A stretch of 64,000 nt of DNA from Chlorokybus atmophyticus (Eukaryota > Plantae > Mesostigma and Chlorokybus algae). The notes below the pieces were generated by a model. It saw nothing but the letters and a program-made list of their open reading frames with translations, did not search any database and had not been told where the DNA came from. Positions 62,970 through 64,000 of this stretch are shown here, piece after piece (the first letter of the stretch is position 1; the number at the start of each line of letters is the position of its first letter). Location of the stretch: assembly GCA_009103225.1 (NCBI GenBank), contig RHPI01002069.1, positions 459,378 to 523,377 on the forward strand. The letters are read 5' to 3'. Position numbers and translations under genes: made by a program.

Positions 62970-63390
62970 CTGATAAGTGGATCTTACAGGGTGAGATGTT
63001 GATGGTATGTCCACCATCGTGAGTACAAGCGTTATTGCTGAGCAATTGGTGAAGCGCACAGGCAGCCATGTTTTCGGTCTCCGAGCAGTACAAGTAATGT
63101 GCAAGTTCAACAGTTCATCCTTGTATGTACGATGTCTACAACAAGTGAAGCAAGAGTTGGTATTTACTCAAGTGTTGGTGACGCTGATAAATGGAAACCT
63201 TACAGGGTGAGATGTTGGTGGTGTGTCCACCATCGTGAGTACAAGCATCATTGCTGACCAATTGGTGAAGCGCACAGGCTGCCATGTTGTTAGTCAGCAG
63301 TACAAACAAAAATGTGCAAGTTTGATTAACCTCGTCTGTATGATGTCTACAGCAAGTGAAGCAAGAATTAGGTATTTACACAAGTGTTGA
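62970..63390. repeat. diverged two-copy tandem repeat, unit ~215 bp
   Basis: cttacagggtgagatgtt..tggt.tgtccaccatcgtgagtacaagc...caattggtgaagcgcacaggc at 62983 and 63199. Confidence 0.9.
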
Positions 63391-63663
63391 AGTACCAGGA
63401 GCATTATCTGATGGTTTTAAGTGCGGCTCTTGAACCATCGCAGAAACATAAACCACATGCACAGATGGAGCTGGTGCACAGATGTTGCGCACTTACAGAC
63501 AGACAACATGCCAAGTGGCAATTCAGTTAAGCTACAAGAGACAACAGGATGTATGCTTACACCATGTACAGTTTTACAGCATGCCAAACCAAGCTATTCT
63601 AATCTGCCGCACCTCTCTAACCCTGTTTACCTACCAGACAAAAAGCGTAAAACTTCCCCCAGT

Positions 63664-64000
63664 CTACGACAGCAGCTGCCCACCGGTGACACCCAGAATC
63701 TCGCCATTAATAAACCGACCCTCCTCGGATGCAAGGAACACATATGCAGGTGCCAACTCCTTGGGCTGCGCGGCCCTTCCCATTGGTGTCTGAGCGCCAA
63801 ACTTCTCAATCTGTACACACCCACTCCATTAATCACTGCCGCTATGAAGCATCCACCTGTTCGAACACTTTATAACATCGATAACAAGGTACCTTCTCAG
63901 CAGGGAAGCTGGCCTGGATGAGAGGAGTCCACACTGGGCCAGGAGCCACAACATTGACGCGGATGCCCTTCTCACCGATTAATGTCTTGGACAGACCCTT
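63664..64000 (-). CDS. classical short-chain dehydrogenase/reductase (YhdF/YghA/glucose-dehydrogenase-like), 3' part only
   Basis: KGIRVNVVAPGPVWTPLIQASFPAEK|IEKFGAQTPMGRAAQPKELAPAYVFLASEEGRFINGEILGVTGGQLLS*; TAG at 63664-63666; gene runs off the window end. Confidence 0.9.

Overview
Intron-rich eukaryotic nuclear DNA (~50% GC, mostly 60-200 nt introns, standard genetic code). It is probably from a green alga; this is inferred from plant-type MTHFR/UCP/PITH/ADA3-like proteins, AAACCCTA telo-boxes and TGTAA 3' motifs. Splicing exons by hand gives 13 gene models: serine carboxypeptidase-like (+), ThrE-family exporter (-), mitochondrial uncoupling protein (+), MTHFR (+), an ankyrin + triple-PAS protein (-), a NudC/NUDX19-type NAD(P)H pyrophosphatase fused in frame to a PHPT1/Janus phosphohistidine phosphatase (-), a TRAIP-like RING E3 (+), a plant-type ADA3-like protein (-), a very large IQ/Sfi1-repeat-like protein (-), an MDR NADP-dependent alkenal/prostaglandin reductase (-), PITHD1 (-), an ATPase_2-like P-loop protein (+) and the 3' end of an SDR (-). 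There is also a damaged UBE2Q-like E2 and a 5' fragment of the MDR gene. The strongest novelty candidate is the NudC-PHPT1 fusion. Next are the ANK-3xPAS protein, a codon-for-codon 33-nt CDS overlap between the TRAIP-like and ADA3-like genes, a dense GTAC (SBP/CRR1-type) cluster, and at least four GC-AG introns. Two single-N joins and a 632-bp duplication indicate local assembly problems inside the Sfi1-like gene. No tRNA, rRNA or CRISPR array was seen. All family calls come from recognised motifs, not database searches.
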